64,000 nucleotides of DNA, taken from NCBI GenBank assembly GCA_965228475.1, contig OZ245817.1, forward strand, positions 4,160,001-4,224,000, read 5' to 3'. Below are positions 45,596 through 55,678 of this stretch, piece by piece. The notes beneath the pieces were generated by a model. The model searched no databases, was not told where the DNA came from, and saw only the letters and a program-made list of their open reading frames with translations. The stretch is from Myxococcota bacterium (GTDB taxonomy: Bacteria > Myxococcota_A > UBA9160 > JAFDDA01). Numbering within the stretch: the first letter of the stretch is position 1; every line of letters begins with the position of its first letter. Both the position numbers and the translations under genes were made by a program.

Positions 45596-46324
45596 ATGCG
45601 AACCCGAACGGGCGCTCGCTGGGCCGGGCTCGCCGCATGCGCGGCGTTCCTGATGGCGACGCCGGCTTCCGCCGGCACGATCATCTCGGCACCGACGACG
45701 AGCTCGCCCCACCTGACCATCACGTTCGACCAGGTCACGACGCCGGCCCCCGACAACGACGACGTCGTCTTGTCGCCGAACTTCGTCGGCATCAACGCGG
45801 ATTGGAGCGGCGGGGTCAGCCCGCAGATCCAGTACTTCGACTTCGACGTCCAGACGCCGACGGCAACCCCCGGTGGCTCCGCCTCCGAGAGCACCGAGTA
45901 CGACGTCCGGCTCACGATCCAGAACCTGGGCTCCGCCACCTGGAACGGCTTCGAGGTGAGCTTGCTCGGCGACCTGGCCCAGGTGGGCCTCGGCGGCACG
46001 ATCGCCTGGGACTCCGCCCTGAACCCGACACTCGAGGGCCCGGGAGACTCCTCCCCGCCCTTCTCGAACAGCCTGCCGACGGTGGCGCTGGTCGGCGGGA
46101 CGCTCGTGTTCACCGGCGCCACGATCGACCCGGGACAGCTCGTGAAGGTCACCATCGCCATGGACCTCGAGACCGTCGTCAACAGCTACACGACCGCGGG
46201 GCCGGTCTCGGACGTGATGACGCTCGGCGTCGGCGTCCGACCGCTCGCCGTCCCCGAGCCGGCCCTTGCGGCCCTGGTCGGATGCATGGCGCTCGCCAGC
46301 GTCCTCTGGGCCCGGCGCCGCTAG
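45596..46324 (+). CDS. PEP-CTERM surface protein
   Basis: AAGGAG RBS, signal ending PASA, VPEPAL-TM-RRR. Confidence 0.88.
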   Translation: MRTRTGARWAGLAACAAFLMATPASAGTIISAPTTSSPHLTITFDQVTTPAPDNDDVVLSPNFVGINADWSGGVSPQIQYFDFDVQTPTATPGGSASESTEYDVRLTIQNLGSATWNGFEVSLLGDLAQVGLGGTIAWDSALNPTLEGPGDSSPPFSNSLPTVALVGGTLVFTGATIDPGQLVKVTIAMDLETVVNSYTTAGPVSDVMTLGVGVRPLAVPEPALAALVGCMALASVLWARRR

Positions 46325-46334
46325 CGTCGAGCAA

Positions 46335-46377
46335 GCGAGCCCGTCGAAGACCGAGGCCTCGGCTTCGACGGGCTCGC
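46335..46377. terminator. Hairpin between convergent genes (probable bidirectional terminator)
   Basis: GCGAGCCCGTCGAAG...CTTCGACGGGCTCGC 15-bp stem. No clear U-tract. Confidence 0.6.
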
Positions 46378-46389
46378 CGCCTTCGGTTC

Positions 46390-46770
46390 CTATCCCGCGA
46401 ACCCGCCCGCGATGGCCTCGAGCTTGTGGCCGAAGGGGTCGACCACGTAGGCCGCGTAGGCGGTCTCGCCGAGGGCGGGCCGGGGCCCCGGCTCGCCGGC
46501 GCAGACCGCGCCGCGTGCGATCGCCGCGGCATGGAAGCGGGAGACGGCGTCCGGCGAGGCCGCGCGGAACGCGATGTGGGTGCCGTTCCCCGAGCTCTTC
46601 GGGGCCCCGTCGTAGGGCTTCATGGCGATGAACACGATCCGATCCTCGCCGAATCCCACGCCCCACTCGGCGCGCAGCAGTTCCTTGTAGCCCAGGGCTT
46701 CGAGCGCGGGGCCGTAGAAGTCGGCGGCCGCGGTCACGTCGTCGGTGCCGACGCTCAGGTGGTCGATCAT
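46390..46770 (-). CDS. VOC/glyoxalase family protein
   Basis: MIDHLSVG..D, GNGTHIAF.A, YAAYVVDPFGHKLE. Confidence 0.9.
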   Translation of the reverse strand: MIDHLSVGTDDVTAAADFYGPALEALGYKELLRAEWGVGFGEDRIVFIAMKPYDGAPKSSGNGTHIAFRAASPDAVSRFHAAAIARGAVCAGEPGPRPALGETAYAAYVVDPFGHKLEAIAGGFAG

Positions 46771-46993
46771 CGGAGTCTCTCCTCGTGCGTTCGCGCCCGG
46801 GGCGCGAGTGCAATCGCGGCGCGCTCGCGCGGGAGATTCCCGGTCCACGCCCGCAAAGGGTGATGCGACCGGGAACCGTCCCGATCACGCACGGTCTGGG
46901 ATGACGGGGGCGTCCGGAGGAATTGCCCGAGCGGCCGAGACGCTTGCCCGGGGGTCCGGAACGGACCCGCCGCGGCCTCTTCGTGAGCGGGCG

Positions 46994-48472
46994 CTAGGAC
47001 GCCCGCGCGCCCTCGCCCGACGGCGCGGACGCCACACGGTCGCGTCCGGCATCCTTGGCCCGGTAGAGCGCGGCGTCCGCCCGGGCGAGCGTGTCTTCCG
47101 AACGCTCGCCTCCTTCGTGGACGGCCACGCCGGCGCTGAAGGTCATCTTGGGCTCGAGATGCAGCCAGCCCTGGCGGAAGCGCTCGGCCGCCTCGACCCC
47201 GTGGCGGCCCGGGCCCTCGAGGACCACGAGGAACTCCTCGCCGCCCATCCGGAACACTTCGTCGCCGGTCCGCAAGGTCCCTGCCATGAACGCACCGAAC
47301 TGGCGCAGAACCTCGTCGCCGGCGGCGTGGCCGTGCCGGTCGTTGACCTGTTTGAAGTGGTCGAGATCGATCAGGACGAGGGCATCGCCCGGCTCGAGCC
47401 GATCGAGCCGCTCGTCCGCCTTGCGGCGATTGCCGACGCCGGTGAGCTCGTCGTGCAGGGAAGCTGCGCGCAGGGTCTCTCCCAGCTGGACCCGCTCGAT
47501 GGCGAGCCCCGCCTGCACGGTCAGCGTCCGCACGAGGTGCTGGTTGAAATCGTCGAGGGGCACCGAGCCCAGGGGCCGGGCGAGCAGCACGATCCCCGCG
47601 CACGCGGTCGAGCCGGGCAACGCCGCCACGGTCACGCGCGGCATCCCGAGCCGTTCGGCCAGCGCCAGGCACCGGGGGTCGTCGAAACCGAGCGTCTCGC
47701 CGCTGCGCATCACCTGGACCAGGGCCGGCTCCTCGGCCAGCTCGAAGCGCTCGGGGAGCTCGTAGATCGTGCCCGCCTCGGCGGCGAGTTCGAGACCGCG
47801 CCGCGGCGCGGGCAGCAGCACGCCGGCACCCATCGCCCCCGGGAGTTCGGTCGCGAGCCGCGCGATGCAGCGTGCCAGCCCGCGGCGTTGATCCTGGCGC
47901 GCGAGCTGCCCGCTCGCCTCGACCATCCAGGCCATCCGCTGCATGTGCCGGCCGTCGATGCCCTCGACCGAACGCAGGCGGTTCGAGATCCAGGCGACCG
48001 ACTCCCCGATGATCACGCAGATCGGTGTCACCATGGCGACGCTCGCGACCTGGCGCGGATCGCCCTGCAGCGCGAGCGGCAAGGCGTAGGCGACCACGAG
48101 CAGCGGCGCGTAGGCGAGCGGCGCACCGCGCGGGAGAGCGATCCCCATCCAGACGTAGACCAGGACGAAGTGGATCGAATAGGAGTAGGGCCCGAGCCCG
48201 CCGAGCAGGTTGGCCCATGCCTTCACGCCCAAACCGACTGCCGGCAGGAAGAACAGGCTCCAGCGCGGCCAGCGCTGCCAGGGCGCGAACCAGATCAGGA
48301 ACCCACCGACGAGGCAGGTGAGCGTGATCGCCGAGCGGGCCATCGCGCTCATCTCCGTCAGGTTCGGGAGCGGGTGGACCAACGCGCTGACGACGCCGCT
48401 CGTGGCGAGCAGGGCGGCGAAGTAGCGCGCGACGAGGCGTTGGGAAAGCGACGCTGACACGTTCCGGGTCAT
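46994..48472 (-). CDS. Membrane-anchored GAF-GGDEF diguanylate cyclase
   Basis: TM region, GAF-like segment, HDELTGVGNRR, DLDHFKQVND..GH..GD, RTGD I-site, GGEEF. Confidence 0.9.
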   Translation of the reverse strand: MTRNVSASLSQRLVARYFAALLATSGVVSALVHPLPNLTEMSAMARSAITLTCLVGGFLIWFAPWQRWPRWSLFFLPAVGLGVKAWANLLGGLGPYSYSIHFVLVYVWMGIALPRGAPLAYAPLLVVAYALPLALQGDPRQVASVAMVTPICVIIGESVAWISNRLRSVEGIDGRHMQRMAWMVEASGQLARQDQRRGLARCIARLATELPGAMGAGVLLPAPRRGLELAAEAGTIYELPERFELAEEPALVQVMRSGETLGFDDPRCLALAERLGMPRVTVAALPGSTACAGIVLLARPLGSVPLDDFNQHLVRTLTVQAGLAIERVQLGETLRAASLHDELTGVGNRRKADERLDRLEPGDALVLIDLDHFKQVNDRHGHAAGDEVLRQFGAFMAGTLRTGDEVFRMGGEEFLVVLEGPGRHGVEAAERFRQGWLHLEPKMTFSAGVAVHEGGERSEDTLARADAALYRAKDAGRDRVASAPSGEGARAS

Positions 48473-48523
48473 CGGCGAAACCCGCAGCGGCTCTCACCGG
48501 GGAACCCCGGAGATTCCTACGAA

Positions 48524-49141
48524 TTACACCCGATCCCGGGGTGGGCGCCGGCGGACCCTCGCTCCCCCCGCTGCAAGCAGCCCGGCCAGGACCGGCAGCG
48601 CAGGCTCGGGAACGCTCCGCACCAGATAGTGCCCCCGGATCGTCGCGGCCACGTCGCTGGCGATGGCGTTCGGCAGAACCTCGGCGCTGCTCGCCTGGAT
48701 GCCGGGCGGGATCACGAAGAAGACCTGCGCCGCGGTGCCGACGTTCGGGCCAGCGTCGCCGTCGTCGTAGATGCCGATCTGGAAGCCCGATGGCGCGGAG
48801 CCGAAGAAGGCGTGCAGGGCACCCCCCTGCGTGCCGTTGCCGCTGATGCTCCCCGGGCAAGGCTGCGGCGCGAAGCCGTGGCGGTCGTAGAGGTCGCAGA
48901 CCTCGGCGGCGTTCGCGTGGCGCCAGCCATCGGCGACCCACCCCCCGGCGCCACCGAGAACGTCGTCCCAGGAGAGGCTCCGCGTGGGCGTGAGGTCGAG
49001 CCAGTCGAGCCCGGTCTCGGTGTCGTGGGTGACGAGCCCGTCCCCCGGTGCGAGGAGATCGACCACCAGCAGCGTCGCGGACGCCGGCGACGCGGCCCCG
49101 ATCGCGAGAGCGGCCATGAAGGCGGCGAGTCCTTTCCTCAT
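48524..49141 (-). CDS. PEP-CTERM surface protein
   Basis: Signal peptide, DTETGLDWLDL, GWRHA, VPEPAL-TM-RVRRR. Confidence 0.85.
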   Translation of the reverse strand: MRKGLAAFMAALAIGAASPASATLLVVDLLAPGDGLVTHDTETGLDWLDLTPTRSLSWDDVLGGAGGWVADGWRHANAAEVCDLYDRHGFAPQPCPGSISGNGTQGGALHAFFGSAPSGFQIGIYDDGDAGPNVGTAAQVFFVIPPGIQASSAEVLPNAIASDVAATIRGHYLVRSVPEPALPVLAGLLAAGGARVRRRPPRDRV

Positions 49142-49209
49142 GGCCCCATTCTACACCGCCGGGAAAGGCCCTTTACGCGGACGGCCGGGAGAGGCGATGC
49201 TGAACGGTC

Positions 49210-50580
49210 ATGACGCCGGGCCAGAAGCGCTTCCTGAACCTGCTGCAAGAGTTCTCGATCCCGCTGATCGCCGGCGTCTTCTGCGCCCTGCTCGCGGCGA
49301 ACCTCGCTCCGGAGGCCAACGCGTACTTCTTCGGCGCAGGCCACGAAGGCGAGCATTGGACGCTGCCCGGCGAGCCCTCGATCTTCGGGCATGCCCTCAC
49401 GCTCAACTTCCTGATCAACGACGTGTTCATGGTGTTCTTCTTCGGGATGGCCGCGAAGGAGATCACCGAGGCACTCCTCCCGGGCGGGACCCTGAACCCG
49501 CTCGAGAAGGCACTGACGCCGCTCTTCGCGACGGTCGGCGGTGTGCTCGGCCCCATCGCCGTGTTCTTCGTCGCGCTCACACTCGCCTTCCAGGCGGGCG
49601 TGTTCCCCGCGTCCTACGAGTTCGAAACGCTCCGCCGGGGCTGGGGGATCCCCACCGCCACGGACATCGCCCTCGCCTGGCTCGTCGCGCGCACGGTCTT
49701 CGGCCGGGGCCACCCGGCCGTCGACTTCCTCCTCCTACTCGCGGTCGCCGACGATGCGATCGGGCTCGGCATCATCGCCCTCTTCTACGGCGACCCCGAG
49801 CTTCCGGTCCGCCCGGAGTGGCTGCTCCTCTGTGGCGCGGCCATGGCGGTCGCGTACGGCATGCGGCGTTTCGAGGTCGAGTCCTGGATTCCCTACATCG
49901 TCGTCGCCGGGCCCATGGCGTGGTCGGGCTTGATCCTGGCGCACCTCCACCCGGCGCTCGCTTTGGTCTTCGTCGTGCCCTTCCTGCCCGGCCCACGGCG
50001 CGACACCGGCCTCTACCGCACCGCCGACGAAGTCGACGAAGCCCACGCCGAGTTCTGGCTGCAGCACTCGCCGCTGCACCAGTTCGAGATCCAGCTCCGG
50101 ACCTTCGTCGACTTCGGACTCTTCTTCTTCGCCCTCGCGAACGCCGGGGTCGCCTTCAGCGGGATCGGACCCATGACCTGGATCGTGCTCGGGTCGCTCC
50201 TCGTCGGGAAGACCGCGGGCATCGGGCTGTTCGCGAGCTTCGCGGTCCGGGCCGGGTTCGCGCTTCCGGATCACATGGGAACGAAGGAGCTCCTGATGAC
50301 GGGCTTCGTCGCCGCCCTCGGCCTCACCGTCGCGCTCTTCGTCTCGGGGGCGGCGTTTCCCGCGGACCCGGTCCTCCAGGGGCAGGCCAAGATGGGCGCC
50401 CTCTTCTCCGCCGCGGTGGGCGTAGTCGCGATCGCGATCGGCCGCGGGCTGGGGATCGAGCGACGCCCGGGCGCCTCGAAGGCCAGGGCTTCGGCCTCGG
50501 GTCCTTCGCACCCCGATCTCGTCGGGACGGGCCCGATCCGTCGGGGCCGCGCGGCACTCCGAACGCCCAGGGACCTCTGA
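49210..50580 (+). CDS. nhaA: Na+/H+ antiporter NhaA family
   Basis: INDVFM.FFF, GWGIPTATDIA, LAVADD, FFALANAGV, GK..GI. Confidence 0.9.
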   Translation: MTPGQKRFLNLLQEFSIPLIAGVFCALLAANLAPEANAYFFGAGHEGEHWTLPGEPSIFGHALTLNFLINDVFMVFFFGMAAKEITEALLPGGTLNPLEKALTPLFATVGGVLGPIAVFFVALTLAFQAGVFPASYEFETLRRGWGIPTATDIALAWLVARTVFGRGHPAVDFLLLLAVADDAIGLGIIALFYGDPELPVRPEWLLLCGAAMAVAYGMRRFEVESWIPYIVVAGPMAWSGLILAHLHPALALVFVVPFLPGPRRDTGLYRTADEVDEAHAEFWLQHSPLHQFEIQLRTFVDFGLFFFALANAGVAFSGIGPMTWIVLGSLLVGKTAGIGLFASFAVRAGFALPDHMGTKELLMTGFVAALGLTVALFVSGAAFPADPVLQGQAKMGALFSAAVGVVAIAIGRGLGIERRPGASKARASASGPSHPDLVGTGPIRRGRAALRTPRDL

Positions 50581-50667
50581 CCCCGCGGGGGTGTCACCCG
50601 CCCGACAGACGGATCGTCGCGGGATCGTGACAATTCGAGGTCATTTGCGTGAGGAGGCCATCGCGCC

Positions 50668-51519
50668 GTGACCGTCTTCGCCCCCGCCCCGACCGGTTCC
50701 ATCGCCCCGAACATGCCGACGGTGGATCACGCCATCGGCCTTCACGATTTCGGGCTGGTCGCGCACCTCCTCGACGGGGCCCGCCACGCCGACAGCGCCC
50801 CCGCCATCCGCGCCGGCCTGCTCGGCCTGGCGGGAGACGCCCTGGACCGGGCGGCCGAACGTCATCTCGGCCCGGATTCCGAGGCGCCCGAGTTCGCGAA
50901 CGCCGCGGTGAGCGAGCTGTCCGACCGCATGCAGGCGGTCCACGTCGAGCTCGGCTCCGCCCTGGCCGCGCGCGGCACGCATCTGACCACGCCCTCGGCC
51001 CTCGAACCCGGCCCGCGCGCGGCGCTCCGCTCCCTGTTCGCCGAGGAACTGTTCCCGATCCTCACGCCGCAGACCTCGACCTCGGCGCGCTCGTTCCGCT
51101 TCGTGCCCCCCGGATCGCTGAACCTCGTGGTCGCGATGCACCTCCCGTCCCACGACGGCCTGACGCTCGGCCGCGTGACGGTTCCCCGCGGCGTCGGCCT
51201 TCCCAGGTTCATCGCGGTACCCGGTTGCGAGCACACCTTCGTCGCGCTCGAGCGGGTGGTCGAGGCATCGCTCGATCTCCTCTTTCCCGAGGCCCGACTG
51301 GAAACGTGTGGCGCGTTCCGCGCCATCCGCGCAAAGCGGGCGGAAGACGAACTCGAGGGCCCGGTCGTCCGGCTGGAAGTCGAACCCACGATGCCGGAGC
51401 TGCAGCAGGCGCTCCTCGCGAGCCACCTCCACCTCGACCTCAACCGCGACGTACAGAGCGCCGCGTTCCTCGCCGCCTCGGACTGGAAGTCTCTGGCCGA
51501 GTTCCTCCCGGTTCGATGA
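50668..51519 (+). CDS. Polyphosphate kinase 1 N-terminal/head-domain-like protein lacking catalytic domains (or degenerate ppk fragment)
   Basis: LFAEELFPILTP, SLNLVV, LPRFI, LFP..., FRAIR and PVVRLEV resemble the PPK1 head domain. The ORF stops before the HHPY catalytic region. Confidence 0.6.
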   Translation: MTVFAPAPTGSIAPNMPTVDHAIGLHDFGLVAHLLDGARHADSAPAIRAGLLGLAGDALDRAAERHLGPDSEAPEFANAAVSELSDRMQAVHVELGSALAARGTHLTTPSALEPGPRAALRSLFAEELFPILTPQTSTSARSFRFVPPGSLNLVVAMHLPSHDGLTLGRVTVPRGVGLPRFIAVPGCEHTFVALERVVEASLDLLFPEARLETCGAFRAIRAKRAEDELEGPVVRLEVEPTMPELQQALLASHLHLDLNRDVQSAAFLAASDWKSLAEFLPVR

Positions 51520-51532
51520 ACGAAATGGTTCG

Positions 51533-53242
51533 GTGAACGAAACGATCGGAACCGCCTCGCCGGAAACCATCGACTGGCTCAAGCTCTGCGTGACCCTGTT
51601 CGGGGGCCTCGGACTCTTCCTGTTCGGGCTCGAGCAGATGACCTCGGCGCTCAAGCAGGTCGCGGGCGACCGGCTCCGCCTCCTGATCTCTCAGCTCACG
51701 ACGAACCGGGTGGCCGGAATGGCGACCGGGGCCTTCGTCACCTCCGTCATCCAGTCGTCGTCGGTCACCACCGTGCTGGTGGTGAGCTTCATCAGCTCGG
51801 GTGCGATGACGCTGGCCCAGTCCGTCGGGGTGATCCTCGGCGCGAACATCGGCACGACCATCACGGCCCAGATCGTGGCCTTCAAGGTGACGGGGCTGGC
51901 CTACGGGCTGGTCGGGCTCGGCTTCGCCACGAGTTTCATCGCGCGGTCCGAGCCGCTTCGTCAGCACGGCTCGGGCATGCTCGGACTCGGTCTCGTCTTC
52001 CTCGGCATGACGGTGATGAGCGAGTCGATGGAGCCCCTGCGCGGGTATCCGCCGTTCCTCGACGCCATGGCCCGCATCCAACACCCGCTCATCGGGATCG
52101 CGTTGAGTGCCGGCTTCACCGCGCTCGTGCAGTCGTCTTCCGCCACCACCGCGGTCGTGATCTCGATGGCGACCCAGGGGCTGATCACGCTGCCGGCGGG
52201 AATCGCCCTGATCCTCGGTGCGAACGTCGGAACCTGCATCACGGCGCTCCTGGCCTCGCTCGGGAAACCGCGGGAGGCGGTGCGAGCCGCCTGGGTTCAC
52301 GTCCTGTTCAACCTCCTCGGCGTGGCGCTCTGGTTCTCCTGGGTGGACGAACTCGCGGGCTTCGCTGCACTGGCCTCGCCCACGGCCGAGGGCCTCGTCG
52401 GGCTCGAGAAGCTGGCCGCCGAAACGCCCCGCCAGATCGCGAACGCGCACACGCTGTTCAACATCGCCAACGGCGTCTTGTTCCTGCCCTTCACGACGCT
52501 CCTCGCCTGGACGGCCGAACGGCTCGTTCGCGAGGTTCCGGCCGAAGCGGAGCGGAGGGCTCCCGTCGAATTCCTCGACACGTCCCTCCTCACCGCACCC
52601 GCCCTCGCGCTCGAGCAGGCACGTTGGGAGATCGGCCATCTGGGCACCCTGGTCCTCGAGATGCTGATCGCCGTCCTGCCCGCCATGACCCGGGGCGACG
52701 CGCGTGCGCTCGACCGCATCCACGCCATGGACGAACCGGTCGACCGGCTGTACGAGCAGGTCGTCGAGTATCTGGGCCAGATCAATCGGGCCGACCTCTC
52801 TTCCCGCGAAGCGAAACGCCTGATGAACCTGATGGAGATCGCCAACGCGCTCGAGAGCATCGGCGACCTGATCGAGAACGACCTCGTCGAGCGCGGGCGA
52901 CAGCGCGCCAGTGCCGACCTCCGCATCAGCGAAGGCACCCTCGAGATCCTCACCGCCTTTCACGGTGAGATCGAAAGCGCCCTCCACGACGTCCTCGAGG
53001 CGCTGGACCAGGAAGACCGCGAGCTGGCCCGCCAGGTGAGCGGCCGCAAGTCCCGGGTGGCCTCGCTCGCCAAGGATGCCGGGATCCACGGAGCGAATCG
53101 CCTGATCGCCGAGGAGTCGGGGCGGCTCACCGCCTATGGCATCGAGATGGACATGATCGAGGACCTGCGCCGCGTCTTCTACTTCACCCGCCGCGTGGCG
53201 AAGGCGGTCGTGAAGCTCACCAAGCACACGCGCGGGACCTGA
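51533..53242 (+). CDS. Na/Pi cotransporter family protein with PhoU-like C-terminus
   Basis: GGLGLFLFG, QSSSVTT, GANIGTT (repeated), QIANAHTLFN, LESIGD. Confidence 0.92.
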   Translation: MNETIGTASPETIDWLKLCVTLFGGLGLFLFGLEQMTSALKQVAGDRLRLLISQLTTNRVAGMATGAFVTSVIQSSSVTTVLVVSFISSGAMTLAQSVGVILGANIGTTITAQIVAFKVTGLAYGLVGLGFATSFIARSEPLRQHGSGMLGLGLVFLGMTVMSESMEPLRGYPPFLDAMARIQHPLIGIALSAGFTALVQSSSATTAVVISMATQGLITLPAGIALILGANVGTCITALLASLGKPREAVRAAWVHVLFNLLGVALWFSWVDELAGFAALASPTAEGLVGLEKLAAETPRQIANAHTLFNIANGVLFLPFTTLLAWTAERLVREVPAEAERRAPVEFLDTSLLTAPALALEQARWEIGHLGTLVLEMLIAVLPAMTRGDARALDRIHAMDEPVDRLYEQVVEYLGQINRADLSSREAKRLMNLMEIANALESIGDLIENDLVERGRQRASADLRISEGTLEILTAFHGEIESALHDVLEALDQEDRELARQVSGRKSRVASLAKDAGIHGANRLIAEESGRLTAYGIEMDMIEDLRRVFYFTRRVAKAVVKLTKHTRGT

Positions 53243-53268
53243 GCCGCGTGCGCTACGGTCCGAACGCG

Positions 53269-53961
53269 ATGCAGGACGTCACGCCCCTGAAGCGCCTCGC
53301 CTGGCTCTCCGACGAGCTCGAAGAAGCGGACTGGAAGGAACTGTCGGAACGCGCCGTCCGCCGCGATCACTCCGCTGGCGAGGTGATCTTCGAGCCGACT
53401 TTGGAGGCCCGTTCCGTCTACCTGCTCGAGGCGGGCCGCGTCCGCATCTACCGGATCTCCCGCACCGGGGACCGGGTCATCTTCGGCTTCATCCACCCGG
53501 GCGAAGTGTTCGGCGAGCTCGCCGGCTTCGGGGATCACGAACGCGAGAGTTTCGCCGACGCGGAGGCACCCTCGACGTCCTGGCGGCTTCCGCTGGATCT
53601 CTTCCGAGGATGGGTCCGGACGCGCCCCGGGTTCGCCCACGCCGTCGCGAGCCAGATCGGCGACCGCATGAAGCGGGTCGAATCGCGCGTCGAGGGGCTC
53701 GTGTTCCACGACGTGCGGGCGCGCCTCGCCGCCGTGCTCGTCGAGCTGGCACAGGACTTCGGCGAAGCGACGGACGACGGGCACCGCATCGCGCTGCGCC
53801 TCTCGCAGGAATCGCTCGCGCATCTGATCGGCGCCAGCCGCCAGAGCGTGAACGTCGCCATGACGCGCCTGAGGCGGGAAGGGCTGGTGGACCGGGCCAA
53901 CGGACACCTCCTGCTCTCGGACCCGGAGCGCCTGCTCAGCATCCGCGACGCCGGCCGCTAG
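53269..53961 (+). CDS. Crp/Fnr family transcriptional regulator
   Basis: GEVFGELA cNMP fold, V.ARLA, LSQESLAHLIGASRQSVN HTH. Confidence 0.9.
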   Translation: MQDVTPLKRLAWLSDELEEADWKELSERAVRRDHSAGEVIFEPTLEARSVYLLEAGRVRIYRISRTGDRVIFGFIHPGEVFGELAGFGDHERESFADAEAPSTSWRLPLDLFRGWVRTRPGFAHAVASQIGDRMKRVESRVEGLVFHDVRARLAAVLVELAQDFGEATDDGHRIALRLSQESLAHLIGASRQSVNVAMTRLRREGLVDRANGHLLLSDPERLLSIRDAGR

Positions 53962-54052
53962 GGCGGACGTGCCGTCCGGGGCGGCACTTTTCCGGCCCCC
54001 CTTCGCAACCAGCTGATACGATCGAAGCCCCTGGGAGGCTCGGAGGCCCGTC

Positions 54053-54679
54053 GTGCTTCGATGGCCCGGTCTCGTCCTCTTCTCCGCACTCCTCCTCTGC
54101 TCCCGGGCAGGCGCCGCGACCCTGGTCATCGATGCCGCGGACTTTGCATCCGGGACCGACCTCGACGCGATCCTCCCCGGCGTCCTCCTCGAGCACGAAG
54201 CCAACGGAGGCCTCCTGACCGGCCAACCGATCGCGGTGACCGATGACGTCGGAGGCCCCGCAATCGGACGGCGCGATCTGCCGGGGAGTTCGATCCTGCG
54301 TTTCGGGACCCTCTTCATCTTCAACAACGAGTTCGCGAGCACCCTGCGCATCTCGGTGACCGACCCGGTTGCGAGCATCCGGCTCCGCACCCGAGCCACC
54401 GGGATCGGCCGCGGAGATCACATCCTCGCGGCATTCGATGCGGCGGGGGACGAACTCGCCCGCCACGCCGTCGGCGTCGGCGCCTCGAGCGAGACGGTGA
54501 TGCTCGAACTCCTCGCGATCCCCGAAACGACGGCCTACTTCCGCTTCACGCCACAGCGCAGCCAGGTCGAACTTCTGGCCTGGGTCGAGAGGATCGAAAT
54601 CACTACCGTGCCGGAACCCGGGGCGGGCATCCTGCTCCTCGCGCTCGCCGCCGCCGCGGGCCGGAGACCCTCATCATGA
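54053..54679 (+). CDS. PEP-CTERM surface protein
   Basis: Signal peptide, VPEPGAG-TM-RRP. Confidence 0.75.
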   Translation: MLRWPGLVLFSALLLCSRAGAATLVIDAADFASGTDLDAILPGVLLEHEANGGLLTGQPIAVTDDVGGPAIGRRDLPGSSILRFGTLFIFNNEFASTLRISVTDPVASIRLRTRATGIGRGDHILAAFDAAGDELARHAVGVGASSETVMLELLAIPETTAYFRFTPQRSQVELLAWVERIEITTVPEPGAGILLLALAAAAGRRPSS

Positions 54680-55581
54680 GACTGCTGATTCGAATCGTGC
54701 TGGGCCTGGTCGGCGTCGCCGTGCTCGGCCTCGCGATCCTGCTCGTTCCGCCCCACGTCCAGACTCGCGGAATCGAACCGGCCCTTCCGGCCGCGGAGGA
54801 CTTCCGTGCGCTGCTCACGGCGCCGGGTGGTCCGGTGGGCCTCCGCTACCTCGTGGTGGCCGAACAGCCGGTCTCGCGCGGCCTGCTCGGCCACACGGTC
54901 TTCCTCGCAGAGTGGGCGGACGGCCGGACGTTCATGATCGATGCGGGCATGGACGCGCAGGGCGCCGCCGACTTCGCGGAGCTGATCGGCCTGCTCGGCG
55001 ATTCCGGCGAGGCACGGTTCCATGGCAACGTGGCCGCCCAGCTCGGGGGCAACGTGGCGCGCGTGCACGGCGTCGGATTCACCCACCTCCACATCGACCA
55101 CACCCAGGGCATCGGCGCCCTCTGCGCCGAGCGCGGGCCGGGCGCCGCCGTCTTCCAGACCCACTGGCAGGCGACCGAGCACAACTTCAACACGACCGAG
55201 AGTGACGATCTCATCGAAGCGTCGTGCCTCGAGCGGCGCGTGCTCGAGGGTGAGGGACTCCTCCAGCCCGAGGGCCTTCCGGGCCTGGCCCTCGTCCCGC
55301 TCGGCGGGCACACGCCCGGTTCGACCCTGTTCGCCCTCGCGGTGGACGGACACCTCTGGCTCTTCTCGGGAGACACCACCAACAGCAAGGCGGACCTGCT
55401 CGAAGATCGCGGGAAGGGCTTCGTCTACAGTGGCCTGCTCGTCCCGGAGCACACGGCCCGAACCGGGGAGCTCCGCCGCTGGCTGGCGGCGCTCGACGCG
55501 GAGCCGGACATGACGGTCGTCGTCAGCCACGACCTCGACGACGTGCGCGCGAGCCGCCTCGAGGCGTACCCGGCGCCCTAG
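54676..55581 (+). CDS. Metallo-beta-lactamase fold hydrolase, membrane-anchored
   Basis: IDAG, THLHIDH, GHTPGS, SGD, SHD. Confidence 0.88.
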   Translation: MRLLIRIVLGLVGVAVLGLAILLVPPHVQTRGIEPALPAAEDFRALLTAPGGPVGLRYLVVAEQPVSRGLLGHTVFLAEWADGRTFMIDAGMDAQGAADFAELIGLLGDSGEARFHGNVAAQLGGNVARVHGVGFTHLHIDHTQGIGALCAERGPGAAVFQTHWQATEHNFNTTESDDLIEASCLERRVLEGEGLLQPEGLPGLALVPLGGHTPGSTLFALAVDGHLWLFSGDTTNSKADLLEDRGKGFVYSGLLVPEHTARTGELRRWLAALDAEPDMTVVVSHDLDDVRASRLEAYPAP

Positions 55582-55678
55582 GCGTGCGCGGCCCGGATGG
55601 AGACATGCCCCGGCTTCACCGCCGGCGACGCTCCGCCGATGTGCTGACGAGGAACGAGAAGCGAGGATCGCCAAGCCC

